Numbered from the stretch's first letter, positions 49,387 to 60,334 are shown. The stretch is DNA of 64,000 nt from Chloropicon primus (GCA_023205875.1 CP060756.1:1240001-1304000); one strand, 5' to 3'. Numbers and translations: made by a program. The notes: generated from the sequence alone by a model not told the origin.

Positions 49387-51597
49387 ATGGGGAAGCCTTG
49401 CGCCAGGGTTTGCGTGATCAGGGCCGAGGGGGACGGCGTCGAACCGGTGCTGGTCCTGCAGACCGAGAAGGGCAGCTGGTGTAGGTTGAACCACGGGACG
49501 GCGGTTGGGCCCCCTCAGTACATGTTCGGGGCGCCGGAGGGTCTCTCGCGCCTCCTGCTGACGCACAGGAGGATCCTCGGGGAGGACGGGCCTCCGCTCC
49601 CTTCGCCTTCCCTCAAAGCCATCTTCGCCAGCACGCTGCACCCGAACCAAGTGGGCGGCTTGGTGGGCCTGTTCCTCAGGCTGAAAGCCGACGGCCACGA
49701 GAAGGTCCACCTCTTCGGCCCTCGCGGATTGGTGGGCCCCCTCCTGTTCAATTGCCAGAACATCGTGCGGTGGACGTATCCCTACGTCCTTGTGACAGAG
49801 CACGAGGACGACACTCCGACGACTTTGGTGTACTCGGACGACCTCATCGATGTGTGGGTCACTTCGGGGCAGCCTGGCGAGCGCCTCGACGGCTTGGCAA
49901 GGTTCGGTCCGTCGGGGGACTTTCCGGATGCATCCACGTTCGCAGCGCTGAGCGAGTCCTCGGTCTGCTTGCCAAGGGAGCAGCTGGGAAGGAGAGCGGC
50001 GGAGGCCCGCGGGGAGGGGAACCGTCGGGCTGCACCCAGCCCAGTCCTCGCCCACTGCATCAAACTCAAGAAAATCGAGAAGCTTGTTGTCATTGTGGAC
50101 TGCGCCTCCGAGGGGGAGGCGGGCACTCTCCTTCGCAGCGGTTTCTGGGCTTGCTTGGCAGAAAACCAGTCTTGCATCTCGCAAGTCTTCCACAGGTCTG
50201 CGGAAGATGCCATGAAGAGTCAAAGTTACCACAGCCTCCTCGCTGCGCTCTCGGGCGCGACTCACGTGAACATGCGAAGTGGCGCTCACATGGAGTTCGG
50301 GTTCAGCGGCTCCCTCAAGACTCTCCTCAAACTGAGCGGGGTCGACAAGAGGGCCTTCAAGCTGCCAGTATCAGAGTCTGCTGGGTCGATTGGGTGCGGG
50401 CAAGGGGAGCAGAACATGCTAAGCTGGGCAGGGGTTTTCCACTCCTTCGGCCTGTTCGATGATGGCCGCTGGGAGGCAGAGGAGGTGCCACGGGACACGC
50501 TGAACGATAGGTTCAGGCTTGCGCTGGGCACCGAGAATTCTGAGAGCAGCAGCAGCGACAATGGGGAGGCCCAAGTCGTCGAGGATGGAAACAGGGGTGC
50601 GGCATCTCTGCTCAGGGATTCCATCCTGAGAGGTGGTTCGGCTCAACGGGCCGAACCTGCGGCAAAGAGACACTGCAAGGAGGCCGGCGGGGTGCGGGTG
50701 GTCTTCTTCGGGACGGGCTGTGCCGAGCCTTCCAAGTATCGGGGGGGCACAGGCATCCTCGTGGAGTGGGGTTCGGGATCCATGCTGTTGGACTGCGGGG
50801 AGAGCGTTTGGGGTCAAATGATAAGACATTTCGGGAAGAAGAAGGCGCTGAAGAAGCTGTCCTCGTTGTCTTGCCTCTGGATATCCCACAAGCACGCGGA
50901 CCACCTGCTCGGACTCGTTTCGCTCCTCCACAACAGGCCGCCCTCTTCAAAGAGGCTGCTGCTGATTGGCCCCCACGTTGCATTCAAGTGGCTCAGGTCC
51001 TGCGACCCGAGTCTGCTGGGCAAGTGCGTCTTCAAGCACCACACCCACTTCATGAAGGACCCGGAGATCCTCCAACGCTTCATGGCGCCTCTTGGGATAG
51101 CACACTTTGCTTCCATCCCCGTCTACCATTGCAGGGACTCCTATGCAGTCGTTTTTGGTCACCGGGCGGGGTGGAAGATCTCCTTCTCCGGGGATTGCCG
51201 GCCCTGCAGATCGTTCGTGGAGGCGAGCAAGGGGAGCACGGTTTTGATACACGAGGCGACCTTTGAGACCAAGTACCACAAGCACGCGGAGAGGAAGAAC
51301 CACTGCACGATCACGGAGGCTCTCGAGGTGTCCAAGCAGGTTGGGGCGGGCATCACAATCCTGACGCACTTTAGCCAACGCTACCCGTACATCCCGATGG
51401 AGCTGCAGGAGATCATGAAGGGCGAGGGATGTGGGGAGCGGGAGACCAGCACCCCGCCCGTCTTGGTCGCCTTTGACGGCATGTGCGTCGAGCTGTCGAG
51501 GTTGTCGGAGTACGCGGCCACGACTCCCAGGGTAGCGCAGCTTCTCACGAGCGAGGCGGCTGTGGAGGGTGCCCTCGACGACAAGGTTGGGGCTTGA
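49387..51597 (+). CDS. Long-form tRNase Z (ELAC2/Trz)
   Basis: GTGCAEPSKYR (PxKxR loop), LLDCGE, ISHKHADH, SGDCRP, IHEATF, HCT and LTHFSQRY. Degenerate N-terminal half. Confidence 0.9.
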   Translation: MGKPCARVCVIRAEGDGVEPVLVLQTEKGSWCRLNHGTAVGPPQYMFGAPEGLSRLLLTHRRILGEDGPPLPSPSLKAIFASTLHPNQVGGLVGLFLRLKADGHEKVHLFGPRGLVGPLLFNCQNIVRWTYPYVLVTEHEDDTPTTLVYSDDLIDVWVTSGQPGERLDGLARFGPSGDFPDASTFAALSESSVCLPREQLGRRAAEARGEGNRRAAPSPVLAHCIKLKKIEKLVVIVDCASEGEAGTLLRSGFWACLAENQSCISQVFHRSAEDAMKSQSYHSLLAALSGATHVNMRSGAHMEFGFSGSLKTLLKLSGVDKRAFKLPVSESAGSIGCGQGEQNMLSWAGVFHSFGLFDDGRWEAEEVPRDTLNDRFRLALGTENSESSSSDNGEAQVVEDGNRGAASLLRDSILRGGSAQRAEPAAKRHCKEAGGVRVVFFGTGCAEPSKYRGGTGILVEWGSGSMLLDCGESVWGQMIRHFGKKKALKKLSSLSCLWISHKHADHLLGLVSLLHNRPPSSKRLLLIGPHVAFKWLRSCDPSLLGKCVFKHHTHFMKDPEILQRFMAPLGIAHFASIPVYHCRDSYAVVFGHRAGWKISFSGDCRPCRSFVEASKGSTVLIHEATFETKYHKHAERKNHCTITEALEVSKQVGAGITILTHFSQRYPYIPMELQEIMKGEGCGERETSTPPVLVAFDGMCVELSRLSEYAATTPRVAQLLTSEAAVEGALDDKVGA

Positions 51598-51641
51598 CCG
51601 AGACCAAGGGAGGCAGCCGAGGTTTGCTCAACTCGTTTTGG

Positions 51642-51651
51642 TGTAATTACA
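51642..51651. terminator. Palindromic TGTAATTACA bidirectional poly(A) signal
   Basis: TGTAA on both strands, between the convergent stops at 51597 and 51727. Confidence 0.6.
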
Positions 51652-51726
51652 AGGGTTTTCTGAAAAATTGTTTATTGTACGATCCCTTTTCTATCTATGA
51701 TAACAAATGAATTTCCGGGGCCCTCC

Positions 51727-52983
51727 TCACAAGCGCGGAAGGACCGGGTACTCCTCGAACAGGGCGGCGTAGAGATCCTGCACGGCCGTGTGCCCCTCCA
51801 TCCTAGCCTCTTGCAGCTTTTCAACGTTCCTGGACAGGGACCCCACGGGCTGCGTCTCCGGGAAGAGGGTGAAGACGTTGGCCCCAAAGGTTTCCCTCTG
51901 CCGCTGGGGGCAGTCCTCCCAGAGCATCCTTTCGGTGTTCAGCGACCCCTTCTCGTGGGCCTCCACCTGCTTGTAGACCCTGCCGCCGAGGTACCTGGGA
52001 TTCATGAACCAGTCCCGGATGAAGTTCCTCTTCATCACCGTCATCCAGTTCCGTCCCTCGAACTTTGGCTTGCTGCACAGCGTGAGAACGTGGGTGCACC
52101 CGTCATCAATGGCGCTCCAGATCGGTATCGGCTCGTGGACCATGGCGTCCACGAGGGTGTGGCCCCTGTGGTACACGGGCCCCCCTGCGATCCCAGGAAC
52201 GCAGGCGCTGGCCCTCAGGGACTCCTTCAGGTCCGCCTTGTCGCGGAACCCCTCGAGCAGGACGGGCCTGGACCCCCCCGACCCGTCGATGTGGCTCGCG
52301 ACCACCTTGAGCGGCGTCTCGGCGTTCACCACCCTGTCCCAGTCCAGCGGCAGGACGTCCTCCATCACGTAGTCCAGCAGGTAAGAGATGTCCAGCACCG
52401 GCTTGGCGTCGCCCTTGCGCCTCCTCCACAGCCTGGACAAGCTGATGAAGTCCCTGTTCGCGATGTGCTTGTGGTAAATGTCCGCCCCCGTGTCGTCCCT
52501 GGACAGGAAGTACGTCAGGTTGATGGCCCCCGCGCTGCTCCCGTACACGGCGTCGAAAATCTTTCCGAACCCCTTCCTCTGGAGCTCCACGAGCATGCCA
52601 GCCGAGGTGATCCCCCGCATCCCCCCGCCCTCCACCACGAGGCCCAGCTTGAAACCGTCGTCCTTGGCTCGGCCCTCGAACCTGTTCCGGACCACCTCCA
52701 GCACCGGGTGGAGCTCTGTCCCCGCGATTCCCTCCAGCGGGTCGAACTCCCACGACACGAGGCCTTGGCTCGCCCCCCTCTCCTGGAGCACCCTCGTCGC
52801 AACGCAACTCGACGACGACGACGGTGGCGACGACGAGACCATCCTCCTCGTCCCCCCCGCCGCGGTGTCCACCCTCGTCCCCAGCTTCTGCACCGTGGTC
52901 CTCATCCGCACTCCCTGCACCCCTCCTCCTCTCCTCATGATCATCCCCCCCACGACTCGCGAACAACTGAGCCTCACAACCAT
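51727..52983 (-). CDS. Patatin-like phospholipase
   Basis: GGGMRG, nucleophile GSSAG, ASACVP and a catalytic Asp in LVDA. Transit-like N-terminus. Start is 52983 or 52944. Confidence 0.88.
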   Translation of the reverse strand: MVVRLSCSRVVGGMIMRRGGGVQGVRMRTTVQKLGTRVDTAAGGTRRMVSSSPPSSSSSCVATRVLQERGASQGLVSWEFDPLEGIAGTELHPVLEVVRNRFEGRAKDDGFKLGLVVEGGGMRGITSAGMLVELQRKGFGKIFDAVYGSSAGAINLTYFLSRDDTGADIYHKHIANRDFISLSRLWRRRKGDAKPVLDISYLLDYVMEDVLPLDWDRVVNAETPLKVVASHIDGSGGSRPVLLEGFRDKADLKESLRASACVPGIAGGPVYHRGHTLVDAMVHEPIPIWSAIDDGCTHVLTLCSKPKFEGRNWMTVMKRNFIRDWFMNPRYLGGRVYKQVEAHEKGSLNTERMLWEDCPQRQRETFGANVFTLFPETQPVGSLSRNVEKLQEARMEGHTAVQDLYAALFEEYPVLPRL

Positions 52984-53488
52984 AAAGCTGGTCCTTGCGC
53001 TTTCCAATCAGATCAAGTCAATAAAGCCGAGTTTGCGATAAGATCTCGCGATAAGGCAAACTTCCAGGGTCCTCGTTCGCCTCGTCTTCGCTGGCACTGG
53101 TCTTCGCCTGCCTCGCCTGCCTCACGCCTTTGCTTAAGGAATCAATAGTATCAATACCCCCCCCCCCTGGTCTCGACGATTGTAATCAGCATCAAGTAAT
53201 CACGGAGGACCCTTGGCCTCTCATTCATGGGAAAACTTGATGACAACTCACGAGATTTCCAAAGTAGGGTAGACGCCGAGCGAGAGAACCTACCGCCAGG
53301 AGGAAGGAGGGGAGGAGGAGGAAGGAGGTGTTGGTTCCACCCCAAAGTTGAAGGAGGAGGAGGGGAGGAGTGCATTGAGGGAGATTTGCTTGATACATGG
53401 GTTGACTGGAAGGAGGGACGTCCATATATTAGTACACGCACGGCACGGCAACACAACACAACACAACACAACACAACACACGGACATC

Positions 53489-56400
53489 ATGCTCGAGGCG
53501 TGGGAGGACAACGAGAAGGAGGAGCTGGAGAGGAGGAGGGTGACGGCGGTGAGAGGGCAGATGGAGGGGAAGACGAGCACGAGCGGGCTGTTTTACGACG
53601 GCGGCGGCGGCGGAGGGGGGGGAGACGGCGGGAAGAGGAGGGCCTCGCGCGAGTTTGGCCTCCCCTCCTCCCCCTCCCCCCTCTCCCCGCTGGGCGGTCC
53701 CCAGTTCGAGCTGGAGCTGGTGGAGGGGAGGATCCCGGGGGAGGTGAACTGCGCGGGCGCCTCGAACGACTGCGTCGTCCTGGGCACGAAGAACGGGAGC
53801 CTCTTGCGGTACGACTACTCGGACGACTACGGCGTGGAGCAGAACAGGACGATCGTGCAGCTCTCCAAGTCCGGGAAGCACGAGGTGACTCGGATCCACC
53901 TGGACAGGTCGAGCGTGCACTGCCTGGCGGTCCTCTCGGACAAGGACTCGCGGCAAGGGGGGGGGGGCGCCGCCGAGTACGCTTACCTGAACACGGTGAC
54001 CCAGCAGCCCAAGCTCCTGGCCAAGCTCAGGGGACTCGAGGTGGAGTCCGTGGGCTGGGCGGACATCCACAGCGAGAACGAGTTCCTCCGGGGGAGTGGG
54101 ACGTCAACCGGGCCGGTGCTGCTCGGCACCAAGTCGGGGCAATTTTACGAGCTCCAGGTGGACGACAGGGAGAAGAAGGAGAGGGCGCCCAAGCTCCTGT
54201 TCGAGCTCCCGGAGAAGGAGGCCGTCTTCGGTATCGAGGTCTCGACTTTCGGGCCCTCCGGCTCGAGCATCCTGGTGGTGGCGATAACCCGGACGAGGTG
54301 CTACTTTTTCTCCGCCGAGGGGACGAACCTGGAGGGAGTCTTCAGCAGGTACGCGGACGACGGGGAGGGCAACCTGAGCTTCCTAGAGCTCCCAGGGCAG
54401 AACTGGGTGTCCGGGGAGCTGCACCTGCACAGGAACCTGAAGCAGATTCCCCAGCACCTCGCGTGGATGGCGGCGCCGGGGGTGTTCCACGGCCAGGTCA
54501 ACCTCGAGGAGGCGAGCCAGGCGGACGCCCAGGCGACCTACCACACCTTCCTCAGCAACAGCGCCCTCCTGGACTACTTGGGGGATCTCGGCAATTCGGG
54601 CGGGGAGGACCTCGGCGACGGGGTGGCCCCGAGGCCCTTGTCCATGGCGGTCACGGAGTACCACTTCATCCTCCTGTTCGAGAACACCGTCAAGGTGATC
54701 AACAGGATCAACGAGAAGCTCGTGCACGAGGAGGTCTTGGAGGGGAACTTCAAGGGGCGGGCCCTGGGCCTCGTGAGGGACGAGTCTGCCCAGGTGGTGT
54801 ACCTGTATTCCACGGAGGGCTTGTACTCCTTTGAGGTGAGGAACGAGAGCCAGGACATCTGGCGGGTGTACTTGGACAAGGGCAAGTACGACTTGGCCCT
54901 GGAATTCGCGAGAACGGTGGAACAGAGGAACCACGTTCACAACATGCGAGCGACCCGAGCGATGAACAGGGAGGAGTACCTGGAGGCGGCAAAGATCTAC
55001 TCCAACGTGTGCGGGCAGCCCTCTTTCGAGGAGGTATGCCTCAAATTCATCGAGATCAGCCAGTTTGCGGGCCTCCAGACTTTCCTCCAGGAGAGGCTGA
55101 AGAAGATGTCGGCGACGGAGAGGACTCAGGCCACCATGGTGTCCACTTGGCTGACGGAGATCTACCTGGATGCGATCAACGAGGCGTACATCAGGCACGG
55201 AAAGGACTCGGCCGAGTACCACGACGCCCTGCAGCACTTCAGGTCCTTCCTCAAGTCTTTCAAAAAGTACCTCGACGAGTCCACGACGTCTTGGCTCCTC
55301 TCGAGCTATGGCCACATGGAAGAGCTGATAAAGTATGCGAGCCTGATCGAGGACCACGAGACGGTCGTTCAGAACCTGATTCAGAGGGACCGGGCGGATG
55401 AAGCCATCCAAGTGCTCAGGAAGCCTACGGTTCCCAGCAGCTTGTGGTACAAGGCGTCCCCAAAGCTCTTCTTGCTGGAGCCGCACGAGATGGTTGACGC
55501 CTGGATGATCGCAGACAAGCTTTTGGATCCAATCAAGCTGCTGCCCTCTCTGCTGAAAGTGTCGGACAAGGGCAAGGCCTCGGTGCATTCCGAGGAGGCG
55601 GTCAGGTACCTGCAGTTTTGCATCAACAGGATGAGGAACACGGATTGCAGGATCCACAACCTCCTCCTGTCGTTCCTGAGCCAGAACGAGGAGGAGGGCC
55701 CCCTGTTGAAGTACCTCACGATGGAGGGCCTGTCTCCGTCCGGGGAGCCGTACTACGACTCGAAGTTTGCCCTCAGGCTTTGCATGAAGATGAAGAAGGT
55801 CAGGTGCTGCGTGCAGCTGTACAGCATGATGCATCTGTACGAGGAGGCGGTGAACAACGCCCTTCACGTGGACCTGGAGTTGGCGAAGACGGTCGCCGAC
55901 AGACCGGAGGAGGACCACATCCTGCGCAAGAAGTTGTGGCTGGTCATTGCCCAGCATGTGATCGAGCAGGATAAGAGCGACAAGGGAGAAAACATTCGGA
56001 AAGCCATTACATTCCGGAAGGAGACAGATTCTCTGTTGAAGGTTGAGGACATTCTCCCCTTCTTTCCGAACTTTGTCCTGATCGACGACTTCAAGGATGC
56101 CATCATACAGTCCCTGGAAGAGTACAACAACCAGATCGAGGACCTGAGGAACGAAATGGATGAAATAACCCATGGCACCGAGGCGCTGCGGCAAGACATT
56201 GCCGCCGTGAGCAACAGAGTCGTGACAGTGCCGCAGAATGAGACGTGTGCGAAGTGCGGCGAGGTTGTGACTCAGCTCTCGGACAACAGCTCCACGGGCC
56301 TGGGAATCGAGAAATACTACGTGTTCCCTTGCAGGCACGTCTTCCGCACGTCCTGCCTCGTTGACTTGCTCGTGGAGCTCTCGCCAGAGGCGACGAAGAG

Positions 56401-56623
56401 GACGATCCAGTCCCTCTGCGCCAATATCCCATTCCTGAGGCAAAAAGCGCCCTTGAATGTCGAACCGGCCGCAGATAGTTTGGAGAGGAGCTGCAAGAAG
56501 CTGGACGACATCCTTGGGCAGGAGTGCCCTTACTGTGGAGACCTGCTCGTCAAGTCCATCTCCAAGCCGTTCATCTCTGAGGAAGAGTACGATGGGGGAG
56601 AGTTTGCTACCTGGGAGATATGA
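53489..56623 (+). CDS. VPS18: Vacuolar protein sorting 18 (Pep3, HOPS/CORVET core)
   Basis: TEYHFILL, E..DIWRVYL, SFEEVCLKF, RKKLWL.IA, KVEDILPFFP.F..IDDFK and a C-terminal RING C..C...YVFPC.H...ECPYCG. Confidence 0.95.
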   Translation: MLEAWEDNEKEELERRRVTAVRGQMEGKTSTSGLFYDGGGGGGGGDGGKRRASREFGLPSSPSPLSPLGGPQFELELVEGRIPGEVNCAGASNDCVVLGTKNGSLLRYDYSDDYGVEQNRTIVQLSKSGKHEVTRIHLDRSSVHCLAVLSDKDSRQGGGGAAEYAYLNTVTQQPKLLAKLRGLEVESVGWADIHSENEFLRGSGTSTGPVLLGTKSGQFYELQVDDREKKERAPKLLFELPEKEAVFGIEVSTFGPSGSSILVVAITRTRCYFFSAEGTNLEGVFSRYADDGEGNLSFLELPGQNWVSGELHLHRNLKQIPQHLAWMAAPGVFHGQVNLEEASQADAQATYHTFLSNSALLDYLGDLGNSGGEDLGDGVAPRPLSMAVTEYHFILLFENTVKVINRINEKLVHEEVLEGNFKGRALGLVRDESAQVVYLYSTEGLYSFEVRNESQDIWRVYLDKGKYDLALEFARTVEQRNHVHNMRATRAMNREEYLEAAKIYSNVCGQPSFEEVCLKFIEISQFAGLQTFLQERLKKMSATERTQATMVSTWLTEIYLDAINEAYIRHGKDSAEYHDALQHFRSFLKSFKKYLDESTTSWLLSSYGHMEELIKYASLIEDHETVVQNLIQRDRADEAIQVLRKPTVPSSLWYKASPKLFLLEPHEMVDAWMIADKLLDPIKLLPSLLKVSDKGKASVHSEEAVRYLQFCINRMRNTDCRIHNLLLSFLSQNEEEGPLLKYLTMEGLSPSGEPYYDSKFALRLCMKMKKVRCCVQLYSMMHLYEEAVNNALHVDLELAKTVADRPEEDHILRKKLWLVIAQHVIEQDKSDKGENIRKAITFRKETDSLLKVEDILPFFPNFVLIDDFKDAIIQSLEEYNNQIEDLRNEMDEITHGTEALRQDIAAVSNRVVTVPQNETCAKCGEVVTQLSDNSSTGLGIEKYYVFPCRHVFRTSCLVDLLVELSPEATKRTIQSLCANIPFLRQKAPLNVEPAADSLERSCKKLDDILGQECPYCGDLLVKSISKPFISEEEYDGGEFATWEI

Positions 56624-56660
56624 ATCCGGAAACATATATTAATATTGAAGGAAAAGTCTT

Positions 56661-58817
56661 TCACCACGAGTACCACGCATCATTTGGATCTCTTGCGCTC
56701 GCCGCAGTCTCCCCCGCCGTTGTTGCGGGTGACGTCGTCGTCTCGCCCACCCATCTCAGTTCCTCCTCAGCAGCAGCAGGAACTTGAATCGGGTCAGTTT
56801 CCTCTGGTCTTCCTCCGGAGTACTGCCGCATTATGGCCCGGTTCATGCGGTCAGCCTCACTCTCGCCCTCACTTTCCATTCCCGTGCTCTTTGGGCTCTG
56901 GGAAGCAAGAACCTCTCCATCGTAGTTCGCCGCAACGCCATAAGATGGGTCATCTTCGTCGGCCTCGATCACATTCAAGTCGTACAAGTCACCAGCGTTG
57001 GTCAGAAGCTTTTGGCAATCTCTGCTCAAGTGCCTGATGTGAATCTCCTTGTTCGAGTTCTGGTAGGTCTGCACGACCTCGCTTATCGCCTCGAGGGCGC
57101 TGGAGTCCCACACTCGACTCTCCATGAAATCCAGGACAACGACCTCCTCGCTCTCCGACTTGCTCTTTTGGGCGCTGAACATCTCCCGGAACTGAGTAAC
57201 GGAACCAAAGAACAGGGGGCCCTGGAGCTTGAAGACCGCCGCAGCCTTGCCGTACGCCGCATTGGGCTCCACTTCCCTCGACGAGGTTATTCTTTGGGCA
57301 CTCTTCCACGCGAAATTCAAGGAGGACACGACCACGCCAGCTACCACAGCTACGGCGAGGTTTGTGAACACGGTGACGCCGGTGACGAGCGCGACTACTA
57401 GTGAATCAGTCTTCGGGACTTTCGAAAGGCGCTTGAAAGTGCTCTTGTCAAAGATGTCGATCACGAGCATCCACATGGTTCCCACGAGCGCTGCGAGGGG
57501 AATCTTCTCGATCAGCGACGATCCCGCGATGACCGACATGGCGAGGAAGAACGCGCAGCTCAGACCACTGAGCCTGTGGCGTCCTCCGCTGTTGACGTTG
57601 ATCATGCTCTGGCCAATCATCGCGCAGCCTCCCATTCCTCCCAAGAACCCGGTCATCACGTTACCGACGCCTTGGGCAATGCACTCCACGTGCGTCGAGC
57701 TAGGCCCCTTCTCCGTAATCTGGTCTACGAGCTGTTGCGTTAAGAGGGTTTCGATCAAGCCGACCATAGCGACAGCCAAAGCCGTTGGAGCGATGACAGA
57801 CAAAGTGCCCAAGGTCAGGGGGACCTGAGGAATGTGCAGACCGGGAAGGCTTCCCGCGATGGAGGCCATGTCCCCCACCGTCCGCGTATGGATGTGGAGC
57901 AAATTCACGGATGCCGTGACCGTCAAAATGGCTGCAAGGGGCGCCGGGACCTTGGAAAGGAACTTCATCTTCTTCGGCCAGAAGCGGATGATCAGCATCG
58001 TCACCGCGGTGAGGGCGGCCATGATGTACAGCTGAGATCCTTGCATCCAGACGTGCTCTCCCGAGGCGGACAGAACTTTGAATTGCTCCAGTTGAGAGAC
58101 GCCGATGACGATTGCCAATCCGTTTACGAAACCCATCATGACCGGTTGTGGAACCAGCCTTATGAATTTGCCGAACCTGAGAGCGCCGAAGCCCAACTGG
58201 ATCAGACCGCTGAGGACTACAGCGGCGAAGAGGTACTCGATACCAAACTTGGCGCACAAGGGAGCGAGCACGACAGCTGTCGCTCCGGCTGCGCCACTAA
58301 TCACTCCGTGCTGGCTTCCAAAGATCGCGGTGAAGAAGGCCATGGTCGCCGCCGCGTGGAGTCCCACGATGGGCGGCACGCCGGCCACGAACGTGAACGC
58401 GAGGGACTCCGGAATCATGCTGAGCGTTGTCGTTAGGCCAGCCAAAATTTGGGAGACTCCCACCCCTAACAGGCCCCTCATCTCCGCGAGCCTGTCGAAG
58501 TCCTTCTGAACCTCGGTGGTCGCCCGCGCGAGAACTCGTCTCTCACTCGGACGAGCTCCCCTCTCCTCGAAGCGCGGCCTCGGGCTCGGCGCAGAGCCCG
58601 AACGACTCCACGCCTTTGCTGGCCTCCTGGCTGCGCAGGTCTTCCTCCCCGCGCTCCTTCCCAGGTCCTTCCCCATCCTCGGCGCACGTCCCTGCACCAT
58701 CCTTCGGCCCTCTCTCGCCCTCTCCCTGCGAAGTACCTCGTCCAGCCCGACACCATAATGAGTCAAGCTCCTTCCCAGGTCCTTCCCCATCCTCGACGCC
58801 GCGCGTCCCTCCGCCAT
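56661..58817 (-). CDS. SulP/SLC26 anion transporter with STAS domain, bacterial-type, with transit-like N-terminus
   Basis: AGLTT.LSMIPESLAF, VISGAAGA, GFVNGLAIVI, GLIETLLT, GGMGGCAMIGQS.IN..SGG and STAS motif LQGPLFFGS...D.SALEAI. Confidence 0.92.
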   Translation of the reverse strand: MAEGRAASRMGKDLGRSLTHYGVGLDEVLRRERAREGRRMVQGRAPRMGKDLGRSAGRKTCAARRPAKAWSRSGSAPSPRPRFEERGARPSERRVLARATTEVQKDFDRLAEMRGLLGVGVSQILAGLTTTLSMIPESLAFTFVAGVPPIVGLHAAATMAFFTAIFGSQHGVISGAAGATAVVLAPLCAKFGIEYLFAAVVLSGLIQLGFGALRFGKFIRLVPQPVMMGFVNGLAIVIGVSQLEQFKVLSASGEHVWMQGSQLYIMAALTAVTMLIIRFWPKKMKFLSKVPAPLAAILTVTASVNLLHIHTRTVGDMASIAGSLPGLHIPQVPLTLGTLSVIAPTALAVAMVGLIETLLTQQLVDQITEKGPSSTHVECIAQGVGNVMTGFLGGMGGCAMIGQSMINVNSGGRHRLSGLSCAFFLAMSVIAGSSLIEKIPLAALVGTMWMLVIDIFDKSTFKRLSKVPKTDSLVVALVTGVTVFTNLAVAVVAGVVVSSLNFAWKSAQRITSSREVEPNAAYGKAAAVFKLQGPLFFGSVTQFREMFSAQKSKSESEEVVVLDFMESRVWDSSALEAISEVVQTYQNSNKEIHIRHLSRDCQKLLTNAGDLYDLNVIEADEDDPSYGVAANYDGEVLASQSPKSTGMESEGESEADRMNRAIMRQYSGGRPEETDPIQVPAAAEEELRWVGETTTSPATTAGETAASARDPNDAWYSW

Positions 58818-59025
58818 CCTTCAAAAAGGAAAGGCCCTCTCCTCCTCTCTCCTCCTCTCTCTCTCTTATCCAGGATCTCCAGCATCTTTGGGCTCTTTGG
58901 AGCCTCTCATTTATTTCTGCTGCTCTCGGAAAGGCGCGGGACAAGGCCGGAAAGGCTCCGCTGCTGAAGAACGAGATTGTAACGAGACGGCAACGCTCCT
59001 GGAATAAATGGCAATTTAGATGAAT

Positions 59026-59931
59026 TCAGTCCTCGAGCTCGTGCTTGCAGACCGGGCAGTTCTTGTTGCCGGCGAGCCAGGGCTCTATGCAAGGGTTGTG
59101 GTACAGGTGCTTGCACGGCAGCAGAAGCACGTCCTCGCCTTCCTCGAACTCGACCTGGCAGATGGCGCACCTGTGACCGCCGGTGCGGGCGCACACGCGT
59201 TTGGGGGGAGAAAGGAACGACGACGACGATCGTCCGCGTGTCAGTTGCTGTACGAGGGAGGGAGAACCACCACGACTGGGGGGGGAATCGGGTACGCGTG
59301 TGGCGCGGGCGGCGCCTCGTTCTCGCATCTTTCGGTGCGCCCAGTGGGAAGAAGGACCGGCAGCGCTGTCAGAGGTGCGCCCAACTTACTTTTCGTCCGT
59401 GTACTCGGCGCTCTCGGCGGAGTACTGCACTTTCCTCATCGAATTGAGCTTTTCTTGGCTCAGCCCGAGCTTCACCGTGCCGACAGAGTCCCCAAGGGTG
59501 GTCAGGTCCTCGTACGTGAAGTCCTCCGGGGCCTCGTCCGCGGGCTTGGTGCCCTGCGGCGCGTTCTCGGCGAACTCCCCGAGGGGGGACTCCGGGCCAC
59601 TCGAGTTCTCGTAGTAGAACCTCCGGTGCATCTCCTCCGCCTGGAGCCTCGCGGCGAACTGCTCGTCGTTCAGGTCGCTGTCGTCGCTGTCGTCCTGCAG
59701 GGAATTGACGCTCCTCTCCTGGAACGCCAGCCCCTCGCCCGAGTCACCTGCTGGGCCCTTGCCGAAACTCAACGACTGCTGCTGCGCGATAAAGAACAAC
59801 TCCCTCTCCTGCTCCTGCAGCACCCTCGCCAGCGCCAGGTCGGCGTCCTCCTCCGTCTCCGCCCCGCCGAACAGCTTCTTCTCCGTCCTCGCCTCGCCCT
59901 CCGGCGGCTTCGCCTCCACCTCCTCCATCAT
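59026..59931 (-). CDS. RING-H2 E3 ubiquitin ligase, BIG BROTHER-like
   Basis: DLALARVLQEQE and FTYEDL..LGD.VGTV..GL. Intron 59171-59389 joins to CAICQVEF...LPCKHLYH.PCI..WL..NKNCPVCK. Confidence 0.88.
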
Positions 59932-60334
59932 CGTTCCGATCCCACCCACCCACCCAAGTGAGAGAGAGAAAAAAAAACTTAAAACTCCCCTCTCCTTTGC
60001 CCGCCCAACCCCTTCCCGTCGTCAGTCGCAACCCTCTTCCTCCTCTTCCTCCTCCTCGCGTCCCTCAATGCAGCAGCACCGAAAGGCGAAAGCGTGTTGT
60101 GTTTGGCCCCCGCCCGTCGTCGTCGTCCTCCGCTAGGTTCCCCCTTTCCTCTGTCAACGGCCAATTTGAAGACGACGACTGACTTTTTTCTTTTCCCGGG
60201 AGAGAGGGAGAGAGAGAGGGGGGGAGAGGAAGACGTGGCCTGCCTTGGCTCGAGGAGAGGAGAGAGGTTTGGTGTGGTGTGGTGTGGTGTTGTGCGAGGA
60301 GAAGAGAAGGGAAGGGAGGGGAAGGGAGAGAGAG

